Below, one piece after another: positions 17,425-26,584 of a stretch of 32,000 nt of DNA. The position numbers were made by a program, and so were the translations under genes. The notes beneath the pieces were generated by a model, which was given only the letters and a program-made list of their open reading frames with translations, was not told where the DNA came from and did not search any database. Numbering within the stretch: position 1 is the stretch's first letter; each line of letters begins with the position of its first letter. The stretch covers positions 5,100,001-5,132,000 of the forward strand of contig CP001848.1 in the NCBI GenBank assembly GCA_000025185.1. Direction: 5' to 3'. This DNA comes from Pirellula staleyi DSM 6068 (GTDB taxonomy: Bacteria > Planctomycetota > Planctomycetia > Pirellulales > Pirellulaceae).

Positions 17425-19437
17425 CTATTTCGATTCGAGCAAGTGCTTGCGGAGGAACAACACCTCGACTGCACGGAAGTAGTCGGAGTTCTCTTTCTTG
17501 GCAAAGCCGTGCCCTTCGTTCTCGGCGTACACCGTCCAGACACTCCGCTCGCTGGCGCGCACCTTCTCGGCAATCTGAACCGCTTCGCTATAAGGAACGC
17601 GCGGGTCGTTCACACCATGAGCGACGAGCAGCGCCGACTTGATTTTGTCGGCGTGTAGCGCCGGGCTGATGCGAGCGAAAACTTCGCGCATCTTCGGGTC
17701 CCGTTCGTCGCCATACTCAACGCGCCGCAAATCGCGGCGATATTCGGCGGTGTTCTCGAGAAACGTTTGAAAGTTGGCGATCCCGACGTTGTCGATGCCG
17801 CAGCGAATTCGCTCGCCGTACATCACCAGCGAAGCGAGAACCATATAGCCACCGTACGATCCGCCACTCACGCCGATGTGTCCGCTGTCGAGTTCGTCGC
17901 GCTGCTTGATCCAGTCGAGCACAGCGCCGATATCTTTCACGCTATCTTCCCGCAGTTCGGCGTTGTCGAGCTTGAGGTAGGTTTTACCGTAGCCCGACGA
18001 GCCACGGACGTTCGGCAGGATCACCGCGACCCCCAGTTCCTGCAGATAGAACTGAATGATCGGCGAAAAATAGGGCTGCGACTGACTCTCGGGCCCCCCA
18101 TGAATCATGATCAGCACCGGCGCTGGTTGGCTGCCGCTGGCCGACTCCGGGCGGTAGTACCACGCTGGGACCTCCAGTCCATCGAAGCTCTTCACGCGAA
18201 TCGCCGTAGGACGAACAAACTTGCTCGTATCGAGCCCGCCCACTTCGCTGAACGTCCAGCGTGTCAATTCGTCGGTTTCGAGCGCGAGCGCGTAGGCATC
18301 GGCCGGATTATCGCTCGCAGCCAAGGTGAAGCCGAGCGATTGGGAATCGGGGGAAAACTCGAGCGACGAAACAATCCCCAGCGGCAGCTTCAGTTCTTTG
18401 CGCTCGAGCTTACCTGCGGCGTTTTTCGTGAACAGCAGCACCTGGCTCCGGCCGTCGGCATTCACCACGGCGGCGAATGTGCCGGTCTTGTGATCGATCG
18501 CCAAGTCCTCGACATCCCAGTCGATATCGTCCGTGAGCTTTTCGAACTTTTTGGTTTGGAGATCCAGGAGCATCAGCTTCGAGAATTCGCTGCCGCTATC
18601 GGTCGCCATGATGACTTGCTTGCCATCGTGCGAGAAACCGATCGGGCCGACATGCGCGATCCCCTCTTCGGGAAGTGGCAGCATCACTTTCTCGCCCGAC
18701 TCGATGTCGAGAATAGCGGGATACGATTCGTTGGCCGAGACATACTTGATGAGGAGTAGCTGCGAGCCATCTTCGCTCCAGTCGACAGCCGACCAGAACT
18801 CGCCATTCACTTCGAGCACCATTTTGGTGCTTTGCGGGGCGAGAGGATTCATCAGGTAGAGATCGGTGTCGCGGCCGTTGCGCTTGTTGCTTCCAAAGAT
18901 CAGACGCGTTCCATCCCGGCGTACAGCGCCGAGCTGATTGCGGCTCTTGCCATCGGTGAGGAGTGTCGGGAGTGGGCTAGCCTTCGAGTGCAGATAAATT
19001 TGATCGTTCTCGTTGCCACCTTCGTCCATCAGGACGAGCATTTGCCCCGAGAGGGTCTCGGGGAGAAACATGCCGCTGACTGGTTCATCGAAGAAAGTAA
19101 CTTGCTCGCGACGACCACCTGGCTCGTAGACCCGATGGAGCTGAACGGAGTTGCCGAAGCGGGTGCGAATGAGCATCCCTTTCCCTTCGGGGTCCCAGCC
19201 TGCAAAACCGGCGGCGCGGGTGTTTTGATACGCCTGCAACAGCTTGTCGAGCTCAGCAGGAACGAGCGGAACCTCGGCGGTGTTGATGGCCGTGGGCTTG
19301 CGTGGGTCGACTTCAGCGGCGGCTGTGGGCTGCTCCTCGGCGACCGCGATGGGCGGGAAGAGCATCGAGGGAGCGATCGCCAGCAAGCTGAGCGCGACCG
19401 ATCGGCGCAAGGACATCGACCAGGAATCGCCATTCAT
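17425..19437 (-). CDS. secreted S9 family serine peptidase (prolyl oligopeptidase / acylaminoacyl-peptidase type) with N-terminal beta-propeller
   Basis: GVSGGSYGGYM nucleophile motif, HGVNDPRVP (Asp) and ENEGHGF (His). Signal peptide MSLRRSVALSLLAIAPSMLFPPIAVA. I prefer the ATG at 19437 (GAGGA 6 nt upstream, ATGA overlap with the amidase stop). The alternative is 19416. Confidence 0.85.
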   Translation of the reverse strand: MNGDSWSMSLRRSVALSLLAIAPSMLFPPIAVAEEQPTAAAEVDPRKPTAINTAEVPLVPAELDKLLQAYQNTRAAGFAGWDPEGKGMLIRTRFGNSVQLHRVYEPGGRREQVTFFDEPVSGMFLPETLSGQMLVLMDEGGNENDQIYLHSKASPLPTLLTDGKSRNQLGAVRRDGTRLIFGSNKRNGRDTDLYLMNPLAPQSTKMVLEVNGEFWSAVDWSEDGSQLLLIKYVSANESYPAILDIESGEKVMLPLPEEGIAHVGPIGFSHDGKQVIMATDSGSEFSKLMLLDLQTKKFEKLTDDIDWDVEDLAIDHKTGTFAAVVNADGRSQVLLFTKNAAGKLERKELKLPLGIVSSLEFSPDSQSLGFTLAASDNPADAYALALETDELTRWTFSEVGGLDTSKFVRPTAIRVKSFDGLEVPAWYYRPESASGSQPAPVLIMIHGGPESQSQPYFSPIIQFYLQELGVAVILPNVRGSSGYGKTYLKLDNAELREDSVKDIGAVLDWIKQRDELDSGHIGVSGGSYGGYMVLASLVMYGERIRCGIDNVGIANFQTFLENTAEYRRDLRRVEYGDERDPKMREVFARISPALHADKIKSALLVAHGVNDPRVPYSEAVQIAEKVRASERSVWTVYAENEGHGFAKKENSDYFRAVEVLFLRKHLLESK

Positions 19438-20822
19438 AGGTTTTCCTCGAGCATCTTGGGACGAGAGCGACAAGCGAGCACACGTTCAGCCATTCCCGCA
19501 AGCGCAAAAACTTGACCTGCGATCGGCCCGACAAACTGTAGGCCACATGGTAACCCAGCGGCGCTCGTTCCGCACGGAATCGTGATCGCGGGGAGCCCGA
19601 CATAGCTCCACGGAAGATTGAGAAGAGCACTTCCGGTGCTTGTAGGTTCGGTGGCGGTGGTGACGGTGGACGGAAGCACGAAACAGCTGATCGGTTCATC
19701 GCCACTGGTCACCAGCACTTGCATCATCTGCTGACGGGTCGCGCGCTGATGGGCCAGCGCCGCGGCGTAGTCGACGGCCGACGTGGCGAGTCCTTCTTCA
19801 ATCAGGGCGGAAATCGTGGGCAAAAAATACTCGGGAAAGCGGGCATAATTTTCGCGATGCACTGCAGCCGCCTCAACCGCCATGATCCGGCGATGCATCG
19901 CTGGAACTTCATCGATGATCGGCGGGAGGGTGAGTGGGGCCATGCGCATCGACGACTGCAGTTTGCGAATCGCCGACTCTGTCGTCTGCTGCACATCGCT
20001 CGCCACACCCGCGAGAATCGGTCCCTCGGCAACACGCAGCACCATCGTCATCGGGCCGCTATCGACCCAGTCGTCGAACTGGCGATTCAGATACTCCACT
20101 TGTAAAAAGTCGATCGATACCGGTGGCACGCGCATCGCGATCGCTTTCCACACTTCGTACAAATCGCTCACGGTTCGCGCCAGGGGACCGACATGATCGA
20201 GGTGATACGACACCGGCACGACACCCCGCATATCGACACATCCGAAGCCTGGCTTGTAGCCAGCCACACCACAAAACGAGGCGGGACGAAGAATCGAACC
20301 GCCCGTTTGTGTGCCGATGGCGGCCAGACACATCTCGCTCGCCACAGCGGCGGCTGAACCGCTGCTGCTTCCACCGGGAGAACGCTGAAGATCCCATGGA
20401 TTGCGCGTCGCCGCTGGATCGAAGCAGGCAAATTGCGTGGTCACTGTTTTGCCAAGCATCACACAGCCAGCGGCGCGCAGCTGTTTTACGACCGGTGCAT
20501 CCTGCAGCGCGACATGTGATTTTCGGAGCGGAAATCCGGCACCGGTCGCGAGTCCTTCGACATCGATGATGTCCTTGATGCCGATCGGAATCCCATGCAG
20601 TGGCGAGCGAAATTCAAACCGAGCCGCTTCGCTATCGAGCGCGCGTGCCGCCGACAAAGCTCGCTCGCGATCGACGATCGTCCAGGCCTTCACGCGCTCG
20701 TCGAACTGGTCGATATTCGCCAGGCATTGCTCGGTAAGTTCTACGGCGGTGAGTTCCTGCGCGCGGAGCATCCGTGCAGCTTCTTCGATCGTCGGAAGTT
20801 TCGTCGTCATGCGCCTCACCAT
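19434..20822 (-). CDS. amidase-signature (AS) family amidase, GatA-like
   Basis: GGSSSGSAAAVA signature and the GIKDIIDV Lys motif. No signal peptide. The start is either 20822 or 20810 (MTTKLPTIEEA). Confidence 0.85.
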   Translation of the reverse strand: MVRRMTTKLPTIEEAARMLRAQELTAVELTEQCLANIDQFDERVKAWTIVDRERALSAARALDSEAARFEFRSPLHGIPIGIKDIIDVEGLATGAGFPLRKSHVALQDAPVVKQLRAAGCVMLGKTVTTQFACFDPAATRNPWDLQRSPGGSSSGSAAAVASEMCLAAIGTQTGGSILRPASFCGVAGYKPGFGCVDMRGVVPVSYHLDHVGPLARTVSDLYEVWKAIAMRVPPVSIDFLQVEYLNRQFDDWVDSGPMTMVLRVAEGPILAGVASDVQQTTESAIRKLQSSMRMAPLTLPPIIDEVPAMHRRIMAVEAAAVHRENYARFPEYFLPTISALIEEGLATSAVDYAAALAHQRATRQQMMQVLVTSGDEPISCFVLPSTVTTATEPTSTGSALLNLPWSYVGLPAITIPCGTSAAGLPCGLQFVGPIAGQVFALAGMAERVLACRSRPKMLEENL

Positions 20823-20913
20823 ACTCGCGCCGCTCCTCGGCTGGTAGTCTGGTAGGATCCTTGGCCCGAGAACTCCGTAGCAGCATCACTCCTTTGAGGT
20901 TTGGCAGCGCCGA

Positions 20914-21438
20914 ATGTCGATCGACCCAACCAATACACAGCGTCGCCCCGAGCTGATTCACGCGTCGGCCTACATTGCTCCCACTGCAGTGGTGATTGGC
21001 AACGTGGTCATCGAGGAGGAGGCGAGTGTTTGGCCACTCGCGGTGATTCGGGGCGACAGCGAGCGGATCGTGATCGGGGCAGGTTCGAACGTGCAAGACG
21101 GTTCAGTGCTGCATGCCGATCCCGATTTTCCCTGTGTGCTGGGAAAGCGGGTTACGATTGGCCATGCAGCGGTAGTGCATGGGGCGATCATCGACGACGA
21201 AGTAATGATCGGCATGCGAGCCATTGTGATGAACGGCGCGAAGATTGGCCGGGGGAGCATCGTGGGAGTCGGCGCGCTGGTGACCGAAGGGATGGTGCTC
21301 GAGCCGGGAAGCGTTGTGATCGGCCAGCCGGCGAAATTGCATCGCATGGCGAGTGAGAAGGATCGCGCACGAATCGAGCATGCCGCGACCCACTACATCG
21401 AGGCGGCAAAGATTTATCGCCAAGCCGAGAAAATGTGA
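20914..21438 (+). CDS. gamma-class carbonic anhydrase-like / left-handed beta-helix hexapeptide-repeat protein (YrdA/PaaY-like)
   Basis: Hexapeptide repeats throughout (IAPTAVVIGNVVIEEEASVWPLAVIRGD, IVIGAGSNVQDGSVLHAD, TIGHAAVVHGAIIDD). Length and C-terminal helix are typical. Confidence 0.85.
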   Translation: MSIDPTNTQRRPELIHASAYIAPTAVVIGNVVIEEEASVWPLAVIRGDSERIVIGAGSNVQDGSVLHADPDFPCVLGKRVTIGHAAVVHGAIIDDEVMIGMRAIVMNGAKIGRGSIVGVGALVTEGMVLEPGSVVIGQPAKLHRMASEKDRARIEHAATHYIEAAKIYRQAEKM

Positions 21439-21485
21439 GACGGGCCGAAAGCTTCGGAGCAAGTAGCTGATAGCAAGCTTGCGGG

Positions 21486-22037
21486 CTACTTCTTTTTGGT
21501 GCTGCAGGCATGCAGCACTGCGCAAGTGTTGCAGCTGCCGGTCTTGCAGCCGTTTTCGGCGTCGTCGGTGCCGCAGCCAGGACCACAGCCGTGCTCGAGC
21601 GTTTCGGCAAATTTATCGATGCCGGTCGCTTGGCGGAATTCGTCGGTCAGGGCGTCGCTCAGGGCGTCGAAACCCTCGGGAACTTCCCCCAGGAAGTGAA
21701 AAAAGACGCGCGAGCCGTCGAGCATCGGCTCGGCATCGAGAAGCACGGCTGGCATCCCTTGTCGCTCGAGCCACTGCTGACAAACGTCGAGCGCCTCGGC
21801 CTTTTTGCGATCGAGTCGCGCGAGGAGCAGGTCATCTTCGACCGTCACCCCCCGCAACAGCACGCCGTCGGCATAGCCGCTCGCCTGCTCGATGGGGGAG
21901 AGGACATCCCCCACTTCAAGGCCACGCCGGGTGCGCAGCACCACGCGGCTGCCGCGCGCGTAGCGGGCCGCATCGGGGGCGGTAAACCGGCCGACTTCTC
22001 CCACCACTCCGACGCGTACCCAATGCTGGCCTAACAA
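21486..22037 (-). CDS. hypothetical protein, possibly a short PSP1/RicT-like domain with a Cys-rich C-terminal tail
   Basis: TTG start. The order VRVG..GEV..F....., R.RRGLEVGDV, V.RGVT.EDD, KKAEALDVCQQWLE, LLDAE..LDGSRVFFHFLGE resembles my memory of the N-terminal half of PSP1 (YaaT/RicT). The tail is HGCGPGCGTDDAENGCKTGSCNTCAVLHAC. Confidence 0.5.
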   Translation of the reverse strand: MLGQHWVRVGVVGEVGRFTAPDAARYARGSRVVLRTRRGLEVGDVLSPIEQASGYADGVLLRGVTVEDDLLLARLDRKKAEALDVCQQWLERQGMPAVLLDAEPMLDGSRVFFHFLGEVPEGFDALSDALTDEFRQATGIDKFAETLEHGCGPGCGTDDAENGCKTGSCNTCAVLHACSTKKK

Positions 22038-22225
22038 CGGCGAGTTCCAGTCGTTACTATGTTGTGGTTCGAATCTGATGGGTCCTGTTGCCCACTACCC
22101 TATGTTCGCAAGCCTCAGGCCTAGCGCCAAGCGGTCGCGAGCAGGTGGAGCGGCAGCTGCCCAAGTATCGACAGAATCACGGTTTGCAAAGCTTCAGCAC
22201 TCTCCAGCGCGAGATTCAACGACCT

Positions 22226-23248
22226 ATGCTTCCATCGGCCGAGCCCCTCACGTCCACTGCTATCTCCTGGTCCGAGCTCGCTGAAAGTGTGCTCGCAGGG
22301 CACCAAATCACCGAAGCGGAAGCGCTCGCGCTGCTGCGGGCCCCCGATCACGAGCTGCTCGACATCATGGCTGCTGCCTACAAAGTGCGGCATCGCTACT
22401 GGACCAACACAGTGCAGCTGTACTTCCTGATGAACGCCAAGAGCGGCCTTTGTCCCGAAGATTGCTCGTACTGCTCGCAGAGCAAAGTCTCGGAAGCAGA
22501 AATTCCGAAGTACAACATCCTCAGCCGCGATAAGTTGCTCGACGGTGCCCGTGTGGCAGCCGAGCGGGGCAGCAAGACCTACTGCATCGTCATTTCAGCG
22601 CGAGGACCGAGCGAACGCGAACTGGCGGCTGTCGAAAAGATCGTCCCCGAGATCAAAAGCCAGTACGACATGGACGTCTGCGCATGCCTCGGGCTGCTGA
22701 CACCTGACCAGGCGAAGCGACTAGCGGCTGCCGGGGTCGATAAGGTGAATCACAACCTCAACACCAGCGCCGAGCATTACAAAACGATCTGCACCACGCA
22801 TACCTACCAAGATCGGCTCGACACACTGTCGGCTGTTCGCTCGGCTGGAATGAAACTCTGCAGCGGCGGCATCATCGGCATGGGTGAGCAAGATCACGAC
22901 GTTGTGCAGATGGCGTTTGAACTCCGCTCGCTCGGTGTCGAGTCGATTCCGCTCAACTTCCTCAACGCGATTGATGGGACACCGCTCGAAAAGAGCAATA
23001 CCCTCACGCCGCAGTACTGCCTCAAGTCGCTGGCCATGATGCGGCTGGCCAATCCCAAGAGCGAGATCCGCATCGCCGGTGGTCGCGAACTGCACCTCGG
23101 TAGCCTGCAAGCCTTGGGGCTTTATGCCGCCAATTCGCTGTTCGTAGGTGACTACCTGACGACGAAGGGTCAGCCCCCAGAAGCGGATTACAAGATGATC
23201 CGCGAAATGGGTTTTGTCGTCACCAAAGAAGAGCAAGTGGCTGAGTAG
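22226..23248 (+). CDS. bioB: biotin synthase (radical SAM)
   Basis: CPEDCSYCSQS (CxxxCxxC) radical-SAM motif. VNHNLNTSAEHYKTICTTHTYQDRLDTL is a BioB hallmark. I chose the ATG at 22226. The track ORF opens at 22088. Confidence 0.9.
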   Translation: MLPSAEPLTSTAISWSELAESVLAGHQITEAEALALLRAPDHELLDIMAAAYKVRHRYWTNTVQLYFLMNAKSGLCPEDCSYCSQSKVSEAEIPKYNILSRDKLLDGARVAAERGSKTYCIVISARGPSERELAAVEKIVPEIKSQYDMDVCACLGLLTPDQAKRLAAAGVDKVNHNLNTSAEHYKTICTTHTYQDRLDTLSAVRSAGMKLCSGGIIGMGEQDHDVVQMAFELRSLGVESIPLNFLNAIDGTPLEKSNTLTPQYCLKSLAMMRLANPKSEIRIAGGRELHLGSLQALGLYAANSLFVGDYLTTKGQPPEADYKMIREMGFVVTKEEQVAE

Positions 23249-23289
23249 GGCGGGCCATCCTTCGCGTCTAAAACGAAATAACCAAAACG

Positions 23290-23335
23290 AAAAAGCCTCG
23301 CCTAAGTTTTCACTCGGGCGAGGCTTTATTTTTTT
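23290..23335. terminator. bidirectional rho-independent terminator between convergent bioB and the beta-propeller gene
   Basis: Stem AGCCTCGCC (23294-23302) / GGCGAGGCT (23317-23325). It is flanked by AAAAA on the left and TTTATTTTTTT on the right, so both strands read hairpin plus U-run. Confidence 0.7.
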
Positions 23336-23375
23336 CGACGAAGATCATCGCACTTGCGGTGCGAACTGTTCGAAC

Positions 23376-24410
23376 TTACAGGCCGGGGGCAATCTTGACG
23401 AGCGAGCCCTTGGTGCCAGCTTGCGACCCTTCTTCGGTTGGGCCGATGACGGTGATATACATCTCGCCATCTTTGCCAAACGCAATGGCGGTGGGCTTAT
23501 CGAGCGAGGCAATCTTCACAGGCTTGATCGTTTGCTTACCATCGACTTCCGACTGATCGAGACGGAAGAGGCCTGCTTCGGTAGGAGCCATCCATGCGAA
23601 ATCGGTGGCGTAGAGCAAGCCCTTCGGCGAGTAGGCAATGCCGGTGATGTCGTACAGCCCTGCTTCGAGGTTGAGGATCGACTTGCCGGTCTTGGCGCTA
23701 TAGAAGGTGACCAAGCCATCGTGGGGCTTGTTGATTTCGCCCATTTGACCGATCACCACTTCGCCGCGTGGGCTGATGGTAACACCGACAGGTGCGTCGA
23801 CTTCCACTTGCTCTTTCGTGGCGATCGAGCGGGTGAGAGGGCCGAACTTCGTGCCGTCGATATCGATTTTCGAGACCCAGCCTTTGGTGTCGTCGCCATT
23901 GCAGGTGACGTAAATGGCGTTGGCCGTGGCTGCCAGACCGTAGAGGTTGCCTTCAGGCTTCACATCGTCGGTGGCAGCGAGTGGGCCGAGCTTGGCCTTC
24001 ACATCTTTGTCGAAATCGAGAGCCTTACCGCCGGGAGCAGGGACGGTGAAGACCCGCACGAATTCTTCGCCATCGACAAAACCGCCGTCGCCGACCACCA
24101 GAGTATTTTGATCGAGGAACACGAGCCCCAGTGGGCCGATGTCGTACTTAGGACCTTTGCCGTAGATATCTTTGGGATAGCCGACGATCACATCTTCGAG
24201 CTTGCCATCGACCACACGAACGACGCGACCAGCGGCGCTATCGGCAATGAAGACGGTGCCGGTCGTTGGCTGTACGGCGAGACCGCAAGGATTCGACAGT
24301 CCCGAGACAACGGTCTCGACCTTGGCATCTTCGGCCGATACCACCTGTGAAGTGAAGGTGAGACCGAGCGCTACGAGAGCGGCGGCAATCCAGTTGATCG
24401 TTCGTTTCAT
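23376..24410 (-). CDS. secreted beta-propeller protein (NHL / SMP-30-like repeats), function unknown
   Basis: ATG at 24410 with GGGAGA 8 nt upstream. Signal peptide MKRTINWIAAALVALGLTFTSQVVSA. Repeated short-strand motifs (SGLSNPCGLAV, GPLGLVFLD, NLYGLAA, PVGVTISP, ITGIAYSP, PTAIAFG) are typical of six-bladed propellers. Confidence 0.55.
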   Translation of the reverse strand: MKRTINWIAAALVALGLTFTSQVVSAEDAKVETVVSGLSNPCGLAVQPTTGTVFIADSAAGRVVRVVDGKLEDVIVGYPKDIYGKGPKYDIGPLGLVFLDQNTLVVGDGGFVDGEEFVRVFTVPAPGGKALDFDKDVKAKLGPLAATDDVKPEGNLYGLAATANAIYVTCNGDDTKGWVSKIDIDGTKFGPLTRSIATKEQVEVDAPVGVTISPRGEVVIGQMGEINKPHDGLVTFYSAKTGKSILNLEAGLYDITGIAYSPKGLLYATDFAWMAPTEAGLFRLDQSEVDGKQTIKPVKIASLDKPTAIAFGKDGEMYITVIGPTEEGSQAGTKGSLVKIAPGL

Positions 24411-24717
24411 CAGCAAATTCTCCCAATGCAAAAGTGCGCTCGTAAGCGCCGAGGAAATAGTTCCAAGCGTATCGTTTCTGTGAGTCGAGCGGCACGAAGG
24501 TGCGACGCGTGACTCCCCCAAGCGTTTTCGTGATCGCGAAGCGACAGCCCCCATTATGCAGCTGCCGCAACGCTCTTGTTGTCGCTGATTTTCGCGCGTT
24601 CTGCCACCCAGGCAGCGCGCATCGTCAGACTGTGCAGCTTACGAAGCTCGCGCGATGAGGGTTCACCGGGCGAGCTTCACCAGGGGCAGATGGCTCGTAT
24701 TTCGAGAGGAATAGCGA

Positions 24718-25743
24718 CTACTGAGGGAGTTCTGGAGCCTTCACGTCGGGATAGCTGGGGCTGGCGAGTCCTTCTTTCATGAAGGTCACGAGATCAGCTT
24801 TTTCCTGAGCGGTGAGCTTGAGAGGGAAGATTTCTTCGTCGAGATAATCGTTCGAAGTGCCACCCTTATCGTAGTAGTCGACCACTTCTTCGAGAGTCTT
24901 GTGGCTCCCATCGTGCATGTAGGGAGCGGTGCGATGGATTTCACGCAGCGTAGGAGTTTTGAACGCCCCCTTATCACCCTCTTGCTTGCTGATGGCGTGA
25001 CGTCCCAGGTCGGGCTCGGACTTGTCGAAGCCGACTCCCAGGTTGTGGAACGCGCCATCCATGAAGTTCGGACCACTATGGCAGCTGCTGCAGTTCGCCT
25101 TGCCGGTGAAGAGCTTGAGACCGCGCTGAGCTGCTTCCGAAAGCGCTGTTTTGTCGCCAGCTTTGAAGCGATCGTACGGCGCATCGCCCGAGAGAATCGT
25201 GCGCTCGAATGCGGCAATCGCTTTGGCGAGCGTGTCGGGGGTGCAGTCGCTGCCGAACACTTTTTGGAACTGCTCGCGATAGCCCGCGATGCTGTTGATC
25301 CGTTTCACCGCTTCTTCAATCGAGAGATCCATTTCGACAGGGTTGGCGATCGGTCCGAGCGCTTGCCCTTCGAGATGAGCAGCGCGGCCATCCCAAAACT
25401 GCAGCGAACTGTAGGCCGAGTTGATAATCGTGGGAGTGTTACGTCCACCCAGTTCACCGCGCACACCCACGGCAAAGGCTTCGCCGTTGCTGTAGCCCTT
25501 CGCCGGATCGTGGCAGGTGGCGCAGCTCATGGTGTTGTCTTTCGACAACCGTTTATCGAAGTAGAGTTGCTTGCCGAGAGCCACTTTTTCAGCGGTCATC
25601 GGATTATCTTTGGGAACGGGAACCGCCTTGAGACCAGCGGGAACCGTGGGGAGCGACGCTTCTCCCACAGCCATTGCCAGCGGAGCAATGACGGCGAGAG
25701 CACCAACTGAACCGAGCAACCATTTCACAAGCGAGCGACGCAT
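24718..25743 (-). CDS. di-haem cytochrome c peroxidase (CCP/MauG family)
   Basis: Two CxxCH motifs (CATCHD, CSSCHSG). PTLREIHRTAPYMHDGSHKTLEEVV is the conserved CCP block. N-terminal signal peptide. Confidence 0.9.
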   Translation of the reverse strand: MRRSLVKWLLGSVGALAVIAPLAMAVGEASLPTVPAGLKAVPVPKDNPMTAEKVALGKQLYFDKRLSKDNTMSCATCHDPAKGYSNGEAFAVGVRGELGGRNTPTIINSAYSSLQFWDGRAAHLEGQALGPIANPVEMDLSIEEAVKRINSIAGYREQFQKVFGSDCTPDTLAKAIAAFERTILSGDAPYDRFKAGDKTALSEAAQRGLKLFTGKANCSSCHSGPNFMDGAFHNLGVGFDKSEPDLGRHAISKQEGDKGAFKTPTLREIHRTAPYMHDGSHKTLEEVVDYYDKGGTSNDYLDEEIFPLKLTAQEKADLVTFMKEGLASPSYPDVKAPELPQ

Positions 25744-25915
25744 CCTGATGGCTCCAAACGCGGGGAGATTTCGAGGTGGGATTGAACCTGCCGTGCTTTC
25801 GATTCCTCGGCCGCGAAGAACCGATCACCGCCTGTTTATTGTTGCCATTTGGCAAGCGAGTCGCAATCGCGTGTGCAAAAGCGACCGAAATTCGCGTGAC
25901 GAGCCTTGCAGTCGA

Positions 25916-26518
25916 CTAACCAGCAACTGGTGCCATGCCACGTGCGTTTTCAAACGCCGTGATTTTGTCGGCCAGTTGCAAGGTGAGGGCAATATCGTCG
26001 AGACCATTCAGCAGGCAGTGGCGACGGAATTCGTCGAGATCGAACGGGATCGAAATTCCTTCCCCCACGATCGTTTTCTTTTCGAGATCGACCGTCAGCT
26101 GCAAAGTGCCGCCAGCTGCTTTTTCAAAGAGGGACTGCACTTGCTCTTCGCTCAAACGAATCGGCAGTGTGCCGTTTTTGAAGCAGTTGTTGTAGAAAAT
26201 GTCGGCAAACGAGGGAGCGATGACGACGCGGAAGCCATAGTTTTCGATCGCCCAGACAGCATGTTCGCGCGAGCTGCCACAGCCGAAGTTGCGGCGCGCG
26301 AGCAGGATGCTGGCCCCTTGGGCCGCTGGCTTGTTGAGTTCGAAATCGGGGTTCGGCGTGGTGCCGTCGTCGAAATAGCGCCAGTCGAAAAACAGGAACG
26401 GGCCGTAGCCGGTCCGCTCAATTCGCTTGAGGAACTGCTTGGGGATGATCTGATCGGTATCGACGTTGGCTCGGTCCATCGCGACCACGAGCCCTTGGTG
26501 TACGGTGAGCTTTTGCAT
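25916..26518 (-). CDS. leuD: 3-isopropylmalate dehydratase small subunit
   Basis: [26 protein letters not shown]-type motif ([15 protein letters not shown]). 200 aa. It lies 66 bp downstream of leuC. Confidence 0.92.
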   Translation of the reverse strand: MQKLTVHQGLVVAMDRANVDTDQIIPKQFLKRIERTGYGPFLFFDWRYFDDGTTPNPDFELNKPAAQGASILLARRNFGCGSSREHAVWAIENYGFRVVIAPSFADIFYNNCFKNGTLPIRLSEEQVQSLFEKAAGGTLQLTVDLEKKTIVGEGISIPFDLDEFRRHCLLNGLDDIALTLQLADKITAFENARGMAPVAG

Positions 26519-26584
26519 ATGCGTGAATAAGTTTCGAAGAAGTGTGCGTGAGTGCCGAGCTGGAGAGCGAGAATTACGAGGTGA

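Noticed and set aside
22067-22076. GGTTCGAATC, resembling a tRNA T-loop, in the bioB / PSP1-like intergenic region.
   Set aside because: The flanks do not form a T-stem (TGTGG versus CTGAT). I could build no acceptor or anticodon arms. No tRNA is supported.
25842-25866. Palindrome TTGCCA-TT-TGGCAA and an overlapping sigma-54-like TGGCAA-N5-TCGCA motif upstream of the peroxidase gene.
   Set aside because: The sigma-54-like orientation points along the plus strand into the 3' end of leuD, where there is no plus-strand gene. The -12 element is imperfect. It is probably chance or an unrelated operator.
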